Shown in pieces: positions 35,269 through 43,432 of a DNA stretch of 64,000 nt (positions within the stretch are counted from its first letter, which is position 1; every line of letters starts with the position of its first letter). Below the pieces are notes generated by a model, which saw only the letters and a program-made list of their open reading frames with translations, searched no databases and had not been told where the DNA came from. Source of the stretch: Oligoflexales bacterium (GTDB lineage Bacteria; Bdellovibrionota_B; Oligoflexia; Oligoflexales; Bog-1112); assembly GCA_017985985.1 (NCBI GenBank), contig JAGNWK010000004.1:2320-66319 (forward strand), in the 5' to 3' direction. The translations under genes were made by a program, and so were the position numbers.

Positions 35269-36144
35269 TCAGAGTTGCTTCTGGTTTGCTTTGGTTAAAA
35301 GATCAGAAATCAGTTCATATAATTCTCGTCCTCTTTCTGCCAGGACGAGATGACCTGTTTCTTTGAAACAGTGCAGTTTAGATTGGGGAATAAGATCATG
35401 GAGGATCTCGGCTTCTTTAAAGGGAAGCAATCGATCGCTGTCTCCATGGGCGATTAGGCAGGGAATGTCAAGATGAGAGAGGCTGTTTTTAATAGAAGCC
35501 TCATCGGCTGTTTTAATGGCTTCTGTTTGGAGTCGAGCTCGTTCATCAAAAAGAGAGTTTTTTTCTCCTGCCTCGAGGGAGTTTTCTTCTGCTATTTTTT
35601 TTGCCATGGATTTTAAGATCAGGGGATTTTTTTGGCAATACTTAGGATGGAAGTAAAGATCTTCGAGTCTTTTGAGGACCCCTTGTTCATCAGACCCCCA
35701 TTTGCCTTGTAAAACCCCATCGGATAGATATTTACTTTTGAGTCTAGAGCTGGTGCAGATAAGGCATAAACTCTCCACACGTCCCAGCTGCTGAGAAACG
35801 AGCCCCTGAGCTATGAATCCACCCATGGAGAGACCTGCTACGGCACTTTTTTTGATACCAAGATGGTCCCAGAGAGCTATGACATCACGGACCATGTCAT
35901 TGAAGGTGAAGTTGCTTGTGAAGAACTCTGTTTTTCCTGAAGACCCCCGGTTGTCGAAAGTAAGGACGTTGAATCCACGTTCTTTGAGGTGGTGGGCGAG
36001 AAGTTTAAAATCTCTGCTCGATCGGGTGTGGCCGTTGATCAGTGTAATCCACTTTTTCTGCGAAGAGTTCTCATTTGCGGAGTCATCTTTGGCAGCGTAG
36101 GTTTCGTAGTATAATTTCACGTCTTGAAGTACTAAATTGCTCAT
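35269..36144 (-). CDS. Alpha/beta-fold hydrolase
   Basis: Has the nucleophile elbow GLSMGG, HG-type oxyanion region INGHT, and a C-terminal ..GH.. block. Confidence 0.8.
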   Translation of the reverse strand: MSNLVLQDVKLYYETYAAKDDSANENSSQKKWITLINGHTRSSRDFKLLAHHLKERGFNVLTFDNRGSSGKTEFFTSNFTFNDMVRDVIALWDHLGIKKSAVAGLSMGGFIAQGLVSQQLGRVESLCLICTSSRLKSKYLSDGVLQGKWGSDEQGVLKRLEDLYFHPKYCQKNPLILKSMAKKIAEENSLEAGEKNSLFDERARLQTEAIKTADEASIKNSLSHLDIPCLIAHGDSDRLLPFKEAEILHDLIPQSKLHCFKETGHLVLAERGRELYELISDLLTKANQKQL

Positions 36145-36344
36145 CTTGAACCTCTATCATGTGGATTTCCACTATGATTTTGTTTGACCCACATCACCGA
36201 TTTGTTACTATTCTCGTAAGCCTCATCTAGCGTTGATACTTACATATATTTAAAGTTAAGAAATTTACGACTCTTTTTTTGATTTGGTGAGTTCGTAGCT
36301 TTCAAAGCATGATTTTTGTTAATTACAACAAGGCGGGAGTTTTT

Positions 36345-37505
36345 ATGCGCTTTTTTTTGTCGAGAATCTCATTTCTGTTCGTTTTTCTCCTGGCTCAGCC
36401 GAGTCTTGCAGAGATTGAAAAATTAGAGAATTCGGATTCTAGCGTGTTCTCTTTTCGCTATCGAGATGAGCTGATGCTGCCAACTCAGGTCATCTCCATG
36501 ATGAAAGATATCCGAGATAAGAAAGAAGAGCTCTTTTTTGAGCCAGAAGGGGGCACGATTTATAAAGCGAGCTTCGTCAAGACTCTTGGATCTGGGGTGC
36601 AAGGTCGTGCTGATCTTGTTGATCTGAGAATAGACAAGCCCGATACTGCACAGGTCAAACTTTCTGTTGTTGTCAAACAAAACCATGGTCAGAATTCTCC
36701 CAAATACATCTTGGGGCGCATCAATGAAGTTATGAATCAAGGAGGTGAGTTTGAGTTCATGATCCGCAATTACATGCATCTGCCAGAGATAGCTCATCGA
36801 ATCTATGGTGTGGATCGTGGGAGCCGTCTGCTGGTGATGGAACCACTCCGTGTCCTCGATCTGAAGAAGCTTCCTGCTGACGAGATTGCTGCTGTATTCA
36901 AAGGTTTAGGTGAATGGCTAACAGCTATGGAAGAGCGTAACTTGAGCAGCTCTGATATCAAAGTTAGCAATATAGGCTATAGCCAGTCGGGCTGGCGTCC
37001 CTTCGACCTAGGTGTCAATGCCGACAATGATCACACTGCCTATGGCCCTTCCCATGCTCCAGGAGCAGGACAGTGGGACGCTTTTCTCGCCAGTCGTCTT
37101 CTAGGTCTTCCGGATCATGAAGCAGCTATGAGAACAGGCCGACGTCAGATGGCTTGGGTCCTTGGACAGGTCCTGTTCCTTCAAGAGTTAAAAGATCAGA
37201 CTTTTCTGGATGGGAGGAGAGTTGCTGGGGTTACTGGCCTGGTTCGAGAAGCCCTTACACACGTTTTTTATACAATGGGTTTCATCGCGGTGGATGAGTC
37301 CTATGCCTATGAGGCAAGGTTGCGTTTGGTCTTGAGCGTCCTTGTTGAGCCTAAGGGCGATCTCTTTACTTACGGGGAAATTCTAAGTGCTGCTCCCCAT
37401 CTGCAGGGTATGAAAGAGCTGCCTGATCTGGCTCGTTACCTCCTCAATCTCCTCGATAAGAATGTACCAGCCCCTGAACTTTTCGATGATTTAGATGATT
37501 TGTAG
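36345..37505 (+). CDS. Signal-peptide-bearing protein with a eukaryotic-like protein kinase fold
   Basis: Signal peptide MRFFLSRISFLFVFLLAQPSLAE. Kinase-like motifs are GSGVQG (Gly loop), VVVK (beta3 Lys), LLVMEP (hinge), SSSDIKVSNIG (catalytic loop D.K..N) and FDLG (DFG-like). The ATG at 36345 is preceded by GGCGGGAG. Confidence 0.6.
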   Translation: MRFFLSRISFLFVFLLAQPSLAEIEKLENSDSSVFSFRYRDELMLPTQVISMMKDIRDKKEELFFEPEGGTIYKASFVKTLGSGVQGRADLVDLRIDKPDTAQVKLSVVVKQNHGQNSPKYILGRINEVMNQGGEFEFMIRNYMHLPEIAHRIYGVDRGSRLLVMEPLRVLDLKKLPADEIAAVFKGLGEWLTAMEERNLSSSDIKVSNIGYSQSGWRPFDLGVNADNDHTAYGPSHAPGAGQWDAFLASRLLGLPDHEAAMRTGRRQMAWVLGQVLFLQELKDQTFLDGRRVAGVTGLVREALTHVFYTMGFIAVDESYAYEARLRLVLSVLVEPKGDLFTYGEILSAAPHLQGMKELPDLARYLLNLLDKNVPAPELFDDLDDL

Positions 37506-37790
37506 GAGATCACCTAACCGCCAATGTCATTCGGTTAGGCAGAATTCTTTAATCGTCTGCTTTGTTTTAACTCGATACCTCTCGACTTCGCTCGAGGTGA
37601 CGAGGCTTTAATTGATAGGGAGAAAGTCACCCAGAAATTGATAGAGAGAAAGTCAACCAGAAATTGATAGGGAGAAAGTCACCCAGAAATTGATAGGGAG
37701 AAAGTCACCCAGAAATTGATAGGGAGAAAGTCACCCCGAGCGAAGTCGAGGGGTATCTTGCCTTAACCGAATGACATTGACCTAACCGCC
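37506..37790. repeat. Family D composite element D2: nested inverted repeats enclosing a tandem array
   Basis: Outer arms are CCTAACCGCCAATGTCATTCGGTTAGGC (about 37513..37540) and GCCTTAACCGAATGACATTGACCTAACCGCC (37760..37790). Inner arms are GATACCTCTCGACTTCGCTCGAGGTGAC (37574..37601) and GTCACCCCGAGCGAAGTCGAGGGGTATC (about 37729..37756). Confidence 0.8.
37611..37737. repeat. Tandem array, about 5 x 26 bp (ATTGATAGGGAGAAAGTCACCCAGAA)
   Basis: Copies start at 37611, 37637, 37663, 37689 and 37715. Copy 2 has two substitutions and the last copy merges into the inner inverted-repeat arm. Confidence 0.9.
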
Positions 37791-37803
37791 TAACGGATTC
37801 GTT

Positions 37804-37862
37804 CCTCAGCCTTCGGCGTGGTGATGGCGCAGGCTGAGGTTTCGGTCATCACCACGCCGAAG
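37804..37862. repeat. Interlocked inverted repeats (two mutually overlapping stems)
   Basis: CCTCAGCC (37804..37811) pairs with GGCTGAGG (37832..37839). CTTCGGCGTGGTGATG (37811..37826) pairs with CATCACCACGCCGAAG (37847..37862). It lies between two convergent genes. Confidence 0.7.
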
Positions 37863-37922
37863 TGAAACGAAGGCGGTCAGGTGATCTTGTCCGTCATCCT
37901 TCGCTGACTTGCAAAAGATGAC

Positions 37923-39113
37923 TTAGAGAATTTTGAGTTCTCTCCCGACTTTTTCGAAAGCACGAATCGCATGGTCGAGATCGGCTCGGCTATGAGCTGC
38001 AGACATCTGGGTTCGGATTCTAGCCTGTCCTCTGGGGACAACAGGAAATGAAAAACCAACCACGTAGACGCCTTCTTTGAGCAGAGCCTCCGCAGTTTTT
38101 TGTGCGAGGACGGCATCTCCTAGCATAACAGGAATGATGGGGTGTTCCCCTGGGATGAGCTTAAAGCCCAATTCTTGCATAGATGCTCTGAAATACGAGC
38201 TGTTTTCTTTCAGTTTCTTTCTGAGTTCGGGTCTTTGGTCGACGAGTTCGAGCACTTTGAGGGAGGTCGCTGTGATAACGGGGGCGAGAGTATTGGAGAA
38301 GAGATACGGTCTGGATTTTTGTCTAAGCCATTCGACGATTTCTTTTTTAGCAGCTACGTAGCCTCCAGAAGCTCCACCGAGAGCTTTACCGAGGGTCCCG
38401 GTTATGATGTCAATTTTGCCAAGAACATCACAGTGCTCAGGGGTTCCTCGTCCCGAAGCTCCCATAAAACCGACGGCATGAGAGTCGTCAACCATAAGTA
38501 GGGCCCCGTACTTATCTGCAAGCTTGCGGACTTCTTTGAGATTCGCTATAAGGCCATCCATTGAGAATACGCCATCAGTGCAGACTAGCTTGAATCGAGC
38601 TTTAGCTGCAGTCGCCTGCTCTAATTGCTTCTCCAGATCGTTTAAGTCGTTGTTTTTATAGCGATAACGGTGTGCTTTGCTCAGGCGGATCCCGTCGATG
38701 ATACTGGCGTGATTGAGCTCGTCACTGATAACGGCGTCTTCTGGGCCCAATAAAGCTTCAAAAACACCCCCGTTGGCATCGAAGCAGGAGCTGTAAAGAA
38801 TGCAATCTTCGGTATGGAGGAACGAGCTGAGGTGGGCTTCGAGTTCCTTGTGTATAGTCTGGGTTCCGCAGATAAAGCGGACCGAGGAGAGGCCGAAGCC
38901 GTAGGTTTCAAGAGCAGATCGAGCCGTGGTAATGAGCTCTTTGTCATCACAAAGACCCAGGTAGTTGTTGGAGCAGAGATTGATAACTTTCTGGCCATTG
39001 CTTTCAATAAGAGACCTCTGAGGGGACTGCAGCACTCTTTCTTTTTTATAGAGGCCCTCACTTCGAAGAATTTCTATTTCTTTTTGGAGATGCGTTAGGA
39101 AAGGGCTATTCAT
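37923..39113 (-). CDS. kbl: Glycine C-acetyltransferase (2-amino-3-ketobutyrate CoA ligase)
   Basis: Closely resembles E. coli Kbl as I recall it: SVRFICGTQ..HKELE, YSSCFDANGG.FE.LLG.EDA.ISD.LNHASIIDG.RL.KA.RYRY.NND. Also has the FSMDG PLP-lysine region. Confidence 0.9.
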   Translation of the reverse strand: MNSPFLTHLQKEIEILRSEGLYKKERVLQSPQRSLIESNGQKVINLCSNNYLGLCDDKELITTARSALETYGFGLSSVRFICGTQTIHKELEAHLSSFLHTEDCILYSSCFDANGGVFEALLGPEDAVISDELNHASIIDGIRLSKAHRYRYKNNDLNDLEKQLEQATAAKARFKLVCTDGVFSMDGLIANLKEVRKLADKYGALLMVDDSHAVGFMGASGRGTPEHCDVLGKIDIITGTLGKALGGASGGYVAAKKEIVEWLRQKSRPYLFSNTLAPVITATSLKVLELVDQRPELRKKLKENSSYFRASMQELGFKLIPGEHPIIPVMLGDAVLAQKTAEALLKEGVYVVGFSFPVVPRGQARIRTQMSAAHSRADLDHAIRAFEKVGRELKIL

Positions 39114-39150
39114 AGGACTCCTTAGTCAAAATATGGGGGATCTTCGTCAA

Positions 39151-39205
39151 GATATAGTTTTTTCCTCTAAAGAGGGCGTTCCCCCCTCTTTAGGATTCTT
39201 CCCCC
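39151..39205. repeat. Family E hairpin element, copy E1
   Basis: CCTCTAAAGAGGGCGTTCCCCCCTCTTTAGGATTCTTCC is the reverse complement of the copy at 43364..43413. Confidence 0.7.
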
Positions 39206-39232
39206 TGTGAGGCATTGAGGCAGTGAGATTAT

Positions 39233-40306
39233 ATGTTTTCTTTTTTTGAATCAACTCGCAAGCAGCTTGAGGATGAGCTTACCGTCCAAGGGTATTCCTC
39301 TGTTCATGCTAAAAATATTTTTCGACATATTTACAAACATCGAGCTCCATCTTTAGAGAGTTTGGAAGGTCTTCCTCAGAAATTCAAAGAGCAACTTTCG
39401 GCCTCTCTTAGCTCAGGTCCAGGGCTTGTATTGGAAAGTGCCAGCGAGCTTTTGTCCCACTATGATCAATCTGTGAAATTTTTATGGACTCTGGCTGATG
39501 GTCAAAAAGTTGAGTCTGTTCTCATGCCAGAAAAAACACGTATCACCCTCTGTGTTTCCACTCAGGTCGGTTGTCGACAGGCCTGCGTGTTTTGCAGCAC
39601 AGGGAGAATGGGTCTGCTTAGGAACTTAAAAAGTTCGGAGATTCTTGCTCAACTCTGGTCAGCTGCCCTGTGGATACGGAGTCATCCCGAATGGCTCCAG
39701 AATGTTAAGTTATCTCCAACGCAGACGATTAGTAACATCGTTTTTATGGGGATGGGTGAACCTCTCGACAATACAGAAGAGCTCCTCAAAGCCATTGCTG
39801 TTTTCATCGATCCCTTTGGTCTGGCAATGGCTCCCAAAAGGGTGACGGTCTCAACAGCTGGTCATCTAGATGGTTTAAAAGAACTGTATCAAGCAAATTT
39901 AGGGGTGTCTCTTGCTCTCAGTCTTCACTCTACCCGCTCGGAGGAGAGATCTCGGCTGATGCCTATCAATAAGCGATACCCCTTAGAGGATATTTTGAGT
40001 TTTCTAAGGGATAGTCGTTGGACGGAAGATAAGCCAGTGATGATTCAGTACACCCTGATGGCAGGTGTTAATGATGGAGAAACGGACGCAGAAGAGCTTT
40101 GCAAGCTGCTTTCAGGTTTGCAGGCAAAGGTAAATCTTATTCCCCTCAACTCTGTAGAGGGGGGAAGATTAAAAGCGCCTCATCCTGATAAAATTAGAGC
40201 ATTCTCAGCCATCACTCGCCGAGCTGGTCTGCAGACAACTGTGCGTTATAGCAAAGGGCAAGATATTTTGGCGGCCTGCGGCCAGCTTCTTGTGAAAAAG
40301 AGTTAG
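39233..40306 (+). CDS. rlmN: 23S rRNA / tRNA (adenine-C2)-methyltransferase RlmN (radical SAM)
   Basis: Has CVSTQVGCRQACVFCSTG, GMGEPLDN and C-terminal AACGQL. Confidence 0.9.
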   Translation: MFSFFESTRKQLEDELTVQGYSSVHAKNIFRHIYKHRAPSLESLEGLPQKFKEQLSASLSSGPGLVLESASELLSHYDQSVKFLWTLADGQKVESVLMPEKTRITLCVSTQVGCRQACVFCSTGRMGLLRNLKSSEILAQLWSAALWIRSHPEWLQNVKLSPTQTISNIVFMGMGEPLDNTEELLKAIAVFIDPFGLAMAPKRVTVSTAGHLDGLKELYQANLGVSLALSLHSTRSEERSRLMPINKRYPLEDILSFLRDSRWTEDKPVMIQYTLMAGVNDGETDAEELCKLLSGLQAKVNLIPLNSVEGGRLKAPHPDKIRAFSAITRRAGLQTTVRYSKGQDILAACGQLLVKKS

Positions 40307-40315
40307 CTTCTTCTT

Positions 40316-40380
40316 GGGGAACCAGCTGCGCAGTTTCCCCAAACCCCTCCTTGCCAGAGTTTTCCCTAGCCTCTCCTTGC
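40316..40380. repeat. Family B REP-like element, copy B4 (with duplicated tail)
   Basis: GGGGAACCAGCTGCGCAGTTTCCCCAAACCCCTCCTTGCCAGAGTTTTCCCTAGCCTCTCCTTGC, just after the rlmN stop. Confidence 0.8.
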
Positions 40381-40413
40381 TAAGATCTCCCCAGATACTG
40401 CTATAATGTCCCT

Positions 40414-40980
40414 ATGTATAAGAAAACATGTTTACTGATTTTTGTTTTAAGTTTTTCCTCACAGCTCTCTGCTCAGACCTTGGCGGTTTCAAGGTGGCGT
40501 GCTGGTGCAGCTTATGCTTTCTTGTTGGGTGAGCTCCGTAATCACTTCCATTATCCTCGTAACTATTCTGTCGAGGGAGAAGCTTTTTTAAAAAAGGATC
40601 CAGAGGAGGCTTCTCCTTGGAGTTTGCCTTTTTCATTGTCATTCATGCAGCTCTACAGCGATGATGTAAGAGCCTCTTATGTTTCGCAAGCTTTCTCCCT
40701 AAGGTCTGGGCTAGCGTATAGATTCCAGCATGAGAGCTGGCTTGCTAGTCGACTCAGCCTTGGCCTCAGTGCTTCCGTCTGGAAGCTCTCTGCTCGTGAC
40801 CACCAGATTCAGATGACAGCCTCTCAAACCTATACAGTGGGACTTTATACAGAATTCGCTGAAGAATTCGGGTGGAATCAGAAGTGGGGAAGTTCGTTCT
40901 TTTTGAGATCGCAATACCCTGAAGTAGGTGTTTATTCTCTGATCTTCGAACTAGGATTCGGTCTTATTTATGTTATTTAG
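40414..40980 (+). CDS. Small secreted beta-barrel-like protein, hypothetical
   Basis: Signal peptide (LIFVLSFSSQLSAQT). 188 aa with alternating hydrophobic strands. First gene of an overlapping four-gene set. Confidence 0.5.
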   Translation: MYKKTCLLIFVLSFSSQLSAQTLAVSRWRAGAAYAFLLGELRNHFHYPRNYSVEGEAFLKKDPEEASPWSLPFSLSFMQLYSDDVRASYVSQAFSLRSGLAYRFQHESWLASRLSLGLSASVWKLSARDHQIQMTASQTYTVGLYTEFAEEFGWNQKWGSSFFLRSQYPEVGVYSLIFELGFGLIYVI

Positions 40981-41908
40981 GAACACTCCCATCCTATGGA
41001 CCTTCTTTTTTTGCAGCTTACGTAGCCTGCTTCTCATCCTGTTTTTCTTTTCCTGTTCGAATGACTCCAGGGTGACCCGTCCGTTGAAGTTTCAAAAGAA
41101 TCTTGATTTTGAAGCTCTCCATGTTTTTGTCGTCGCTCATCCCGATGACTGGCAACTTTTTATGGGAGAAGTGGCCTATGATTTGATTGTGGATGACAAA
41201 AGCCGAGTGCTCTTGGTGATGCTGGATGCTGGTGATGCCGGGAGACCGGAAGCTTATTGGTTTGCAAGAGAACAGGCGAGTTTGGCTTCAGTTCGCTCTC
41301 TACATAAACTCGATATTTTCCGACCAAGCGAAGAAGAAGACTCGGGGGTTTTGTTAGCTGGGAAAGGAGATGTTCCCCATGTAAAGCTAAGGCGGACAAG
41401 TAGCTATTTTTATCGTTTACCTGACGGTTCGCCTACGGGTCAGGGTTTTGAAGCCTACGGACGCCAGTCTCTTTATAAACTTTGGAAAGGTAAGATAGAC
41501 GCGATCCAATCGGTCGATGGAAAGAATCGCTACAGTCTTTCTGATTTGGAAGGAAGTCTTCGGGAACTTGTTGAACAAGATGCAGAACCTTCCACTAAAC
41601 TTGTATTTCATCTGATGGATTCAGGGCCAGAGGATGACTTGGCTCATAGTGATCACTTTGTCAGCCAAGAATTAGGTCGACGCTTAGCTCGCAGTACGAA
41701 CAGGGGAGACTGTAAAGTTTACGCTTTTGAAGACTATCGTACCAAGGATAAGACAATCAATCTCGAAGAGGTAGAGTCGAGAAAGAAGGTTCAGCTTTTT
41801 AACGCTTATGATCTCTACATGCTCTCTGCCAACCAAGAATGTACAGTCTGTAATCGAGTCCATTTTCAATGGCTCTTCCGAAGCTATTATAGGATTTTTT
41901 CATGTTAA
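40970..41908 (+). CDS. PIG-L/LmbE-family de-N-acetylase-like protein with a hydrophobic N-terminus
   Basis: Has VVAHPDDWQLFMG (AHPDD motif), LDAGDAG and HSDH. The N-terminal hydrophobic segment ends in FFFSCS. It overlaps the upstream gene by 11 nt. Confidence 0.65.
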   Translation: MLFRNTPILWTFFFCSLRSLLLILFFFSCSNDSRVTRPLKFQKNLDFEALHVFVVAHPDDWQLFMGEVAYDLIVDDKSRVLLVMLDAGDAGRPEAYWFAREQASLASVRSLHKLDIFRPSEEEDSGVLLAGKGDVPHVKLRRTSSYFYRLPDGSPTGQGFEAYGRQSLYKLWKGKIDAIQSVDGKNRYSLSDLEGSLRELVEQDAEPSTKLVFHLMDSGPEDDLAHSDHFVSQELGRRLARSTNRGDCKVYAFEDYRTKDKTINLEEVESRKKVQLFNAYDLYMLSANQECTVCNRVHFQWLFRSYYRIFSC

Positions 41909-42522
41909 AAATGATTCGTGTGATCATCTTGAGTAGTTTGCTTTGTCCTGTGGTGAGGGCAGAAGATAAGGTGAGTCAGGAAGGCTCTTCTCTAGAATCT
42001 TCAAAATCTTCTCGTGAGACAGAGCCCATATCTTCGCTCCAAGAGAGTCGCTCTGCCTATGGCCTTGGTCTTATGGGGAGTCGTGTCTCAGGAGATCTCC
42101 AAAACTTGCATGGGCCAGGATTTGGTGTCATTAGCTCCTATCGGTATACGTTGGGGGATTCTCCTGCTTTTCGTGTGGATCTAGGGATGGAGATGGCCCT
42201 GTACCAGAGTAAAAAGAGCGAGTTTATCAATCAACACCTGCTTCTTGCTGTACAGCATAGGATGCTCTGGATGAACTCAAAGTTGTTTTCAAACGGATTT
42301 ATATTGGGTCTAGAACTTGACTACTGGCGAAACGCTCTACAACAGGTCAAGTCTGAAATCCTTCATGATGATATTCTTTTTGGACTCCAGCTCGGTTATG
42401 CGTTGGTTTATAAAATGACGGAACAGTTATCGATGGATCTGAGTTTTATCTATCATCAACAAGAATTTAATTTTCGTTCGACTTATTTGACATCTGCGTT
42501 TCAGCTAGTCTGGAGATTATGA
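41902..42522 (+). CDS. Small secreted beta-barrel-like protein, hypothetical (second of the pair)
   Basis: Signal peptide (ILSSLLCPVVRAED). 206 aa with a beta-strand pattern. It overlaps the upstream gene by 7 nt. Confidence 0.5.
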   Translation: MLKMIRVIILSSLLCPVVRAEDKVSQEGSSLESSKSSRETEPISSLQESRSAYGLGLMGSRVSGDLQNLHGPGFGVISSYRYTLGDSPAFRVDLGMEMALYQSKKSEFINQHLLLAVQHRMLWMNSKLFSNGFILGLELDYWRNALQQVKSEILHDDILFGLQLGYALVYKMTEQLSMDLSFIYHQQEFNFRSTYLTSAFQLVWRL

Positions 42523-43343
42523 TGATTTTTCTTAGAAAGTCTTCTGGCCTTTGTGTTCTCGTTTTCCTGTCTCTTTCTTGTATGAGAGCTAGGTTTCCTA
42601 GTTACTGCAAGCCTCCTAAGGAGTATGAGGGTAGAAGTTCTGCCGAAATTCTGAAGAGTGCACAGGAGATTATTGCGAATGGAAAAGAGAAGCGAGCGAT
42701 AGCTTACGGTCTTTTTGGCAATAAGTCAAAATATGTTGAGGGATTGATCAAAGATCTTACCTTGGCCAAGATTATTTTCCCGGGTTGGGATGTGGTCGTC
42801 TTTATGCACTCAGAGACAGTTCCAGCAGAAGTTGTGGAAAGGGTCAAGGCCGGTGGAGCTAAGGTTATGCTGGATAAAAATTATAACCATGCCTCTGCTC
42901 GTTTTTATATTGCTGATTTAGATTATGATCGGTTCATCGTTCGAGATGTAGATTCACGTCTCATGCATCGAGAGATGGTCGCTGTCGCTGATTGGATTAA
43001 AAATGACTGGGCTATATTGCATGGGATGAGGGATACTACCGCCCACCTGGATCCTTTGCTCGGTGGGATGTGGGGTGCTAAGACAAAAGGTTTGAGAGAA
43101 AAGCTAAAGCAAAAATTTGGGAAAGAATCTGTAGCAGAACTCTATGCACAGTTTATGAAAGGGGGCGAAGCGGTTTACGGAACGGATCAGGCTTTTCTTG
43201 CGCAAGTTGTCGTACAAGCTGTTGGGGAAGATGCATTTCTGTCCCACGAAACGATCAAATGCAACGAGTTTAAGAATAGTCGGGGCTTCCCTCTCACCCG
43301 TAGTATGACAGGGCCTTTTATCGGTCAGGTTAAAGAAGAATAG
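42519..43343 (+). CDS. Putative nucleotide-sugar glycosyltransferase-like protein (DxD-type) with a hydrophobic N-terminus
   Basis: 274 aa. Has YGLFGNKSKYVEGL...FPGWDVVVFM...RDVDSRL (candidate DxD). The family call is from memory of uncharacterised GT-A-like proteins and is weak. ATGA-type overlap with the upstream gene. Confidence 0.4.
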   Translation: MMIFLRKSSGLCVLVFLSLSCMRARFPSYCKPPKEYEGRSSAEILKSAQEIIANGKEKRAIAYGLFGNKSKYVEGLIKDLTLAKIIFPGWDVVVFMHSETVPAEVVERVKAGGAKVMLDKNYNHASARFYIADLDYDRFIVRDVDSRLMHREMVAVADWIKNDWAILHGMRDTTAHLDPLLGGMWGAKTKGLREKLKQKFGKESVAELYAQFMKGGEAVYGTDQAFLAQVVVQAVGEDAFLSHETIKCNEFKNSRGFPLTRSMTGPFIGQVKEE

Positions 43344-43363
43344 CATTTTAAAGCAAGGAATAG

Positions 43364-43413
43364 GCGGAGAATCCTAAAGAGGGGGAACGCCCTCTTTAGA
43401 TGAGAAGATATAT
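43364..43413. repeat. Family E hairpin element, copy E2
   Basis: GGAGAATCCTAAAGAGGGGGAACGCCCTCTTTAGATGAG, immediately upstream of the exbB RBS. Confidence 0.7.
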
Positions 43414-43432
43414 TTTAAAAGGAGGAAAAATT

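Noticed and set aside
37611-37737. The 26-bp repeat array considered as a possible CRISPR array
   Set aside because: The units are directly adjacent with no spacers. There is no cas gene in the window, and the array is embedded in an inverted-repeat element. It is a tandem repeat, not a CRISPR array.
40316-40340. Family B hairpins considered as Rho-independent terminators
   Set aside because: The stem is short (6-7 bp) with a 12-13 nt loop, and no copy is followed by a T-run. Orientation is not tied to the strand of the upstream gene. I annotated them as REP-like repeats instead.
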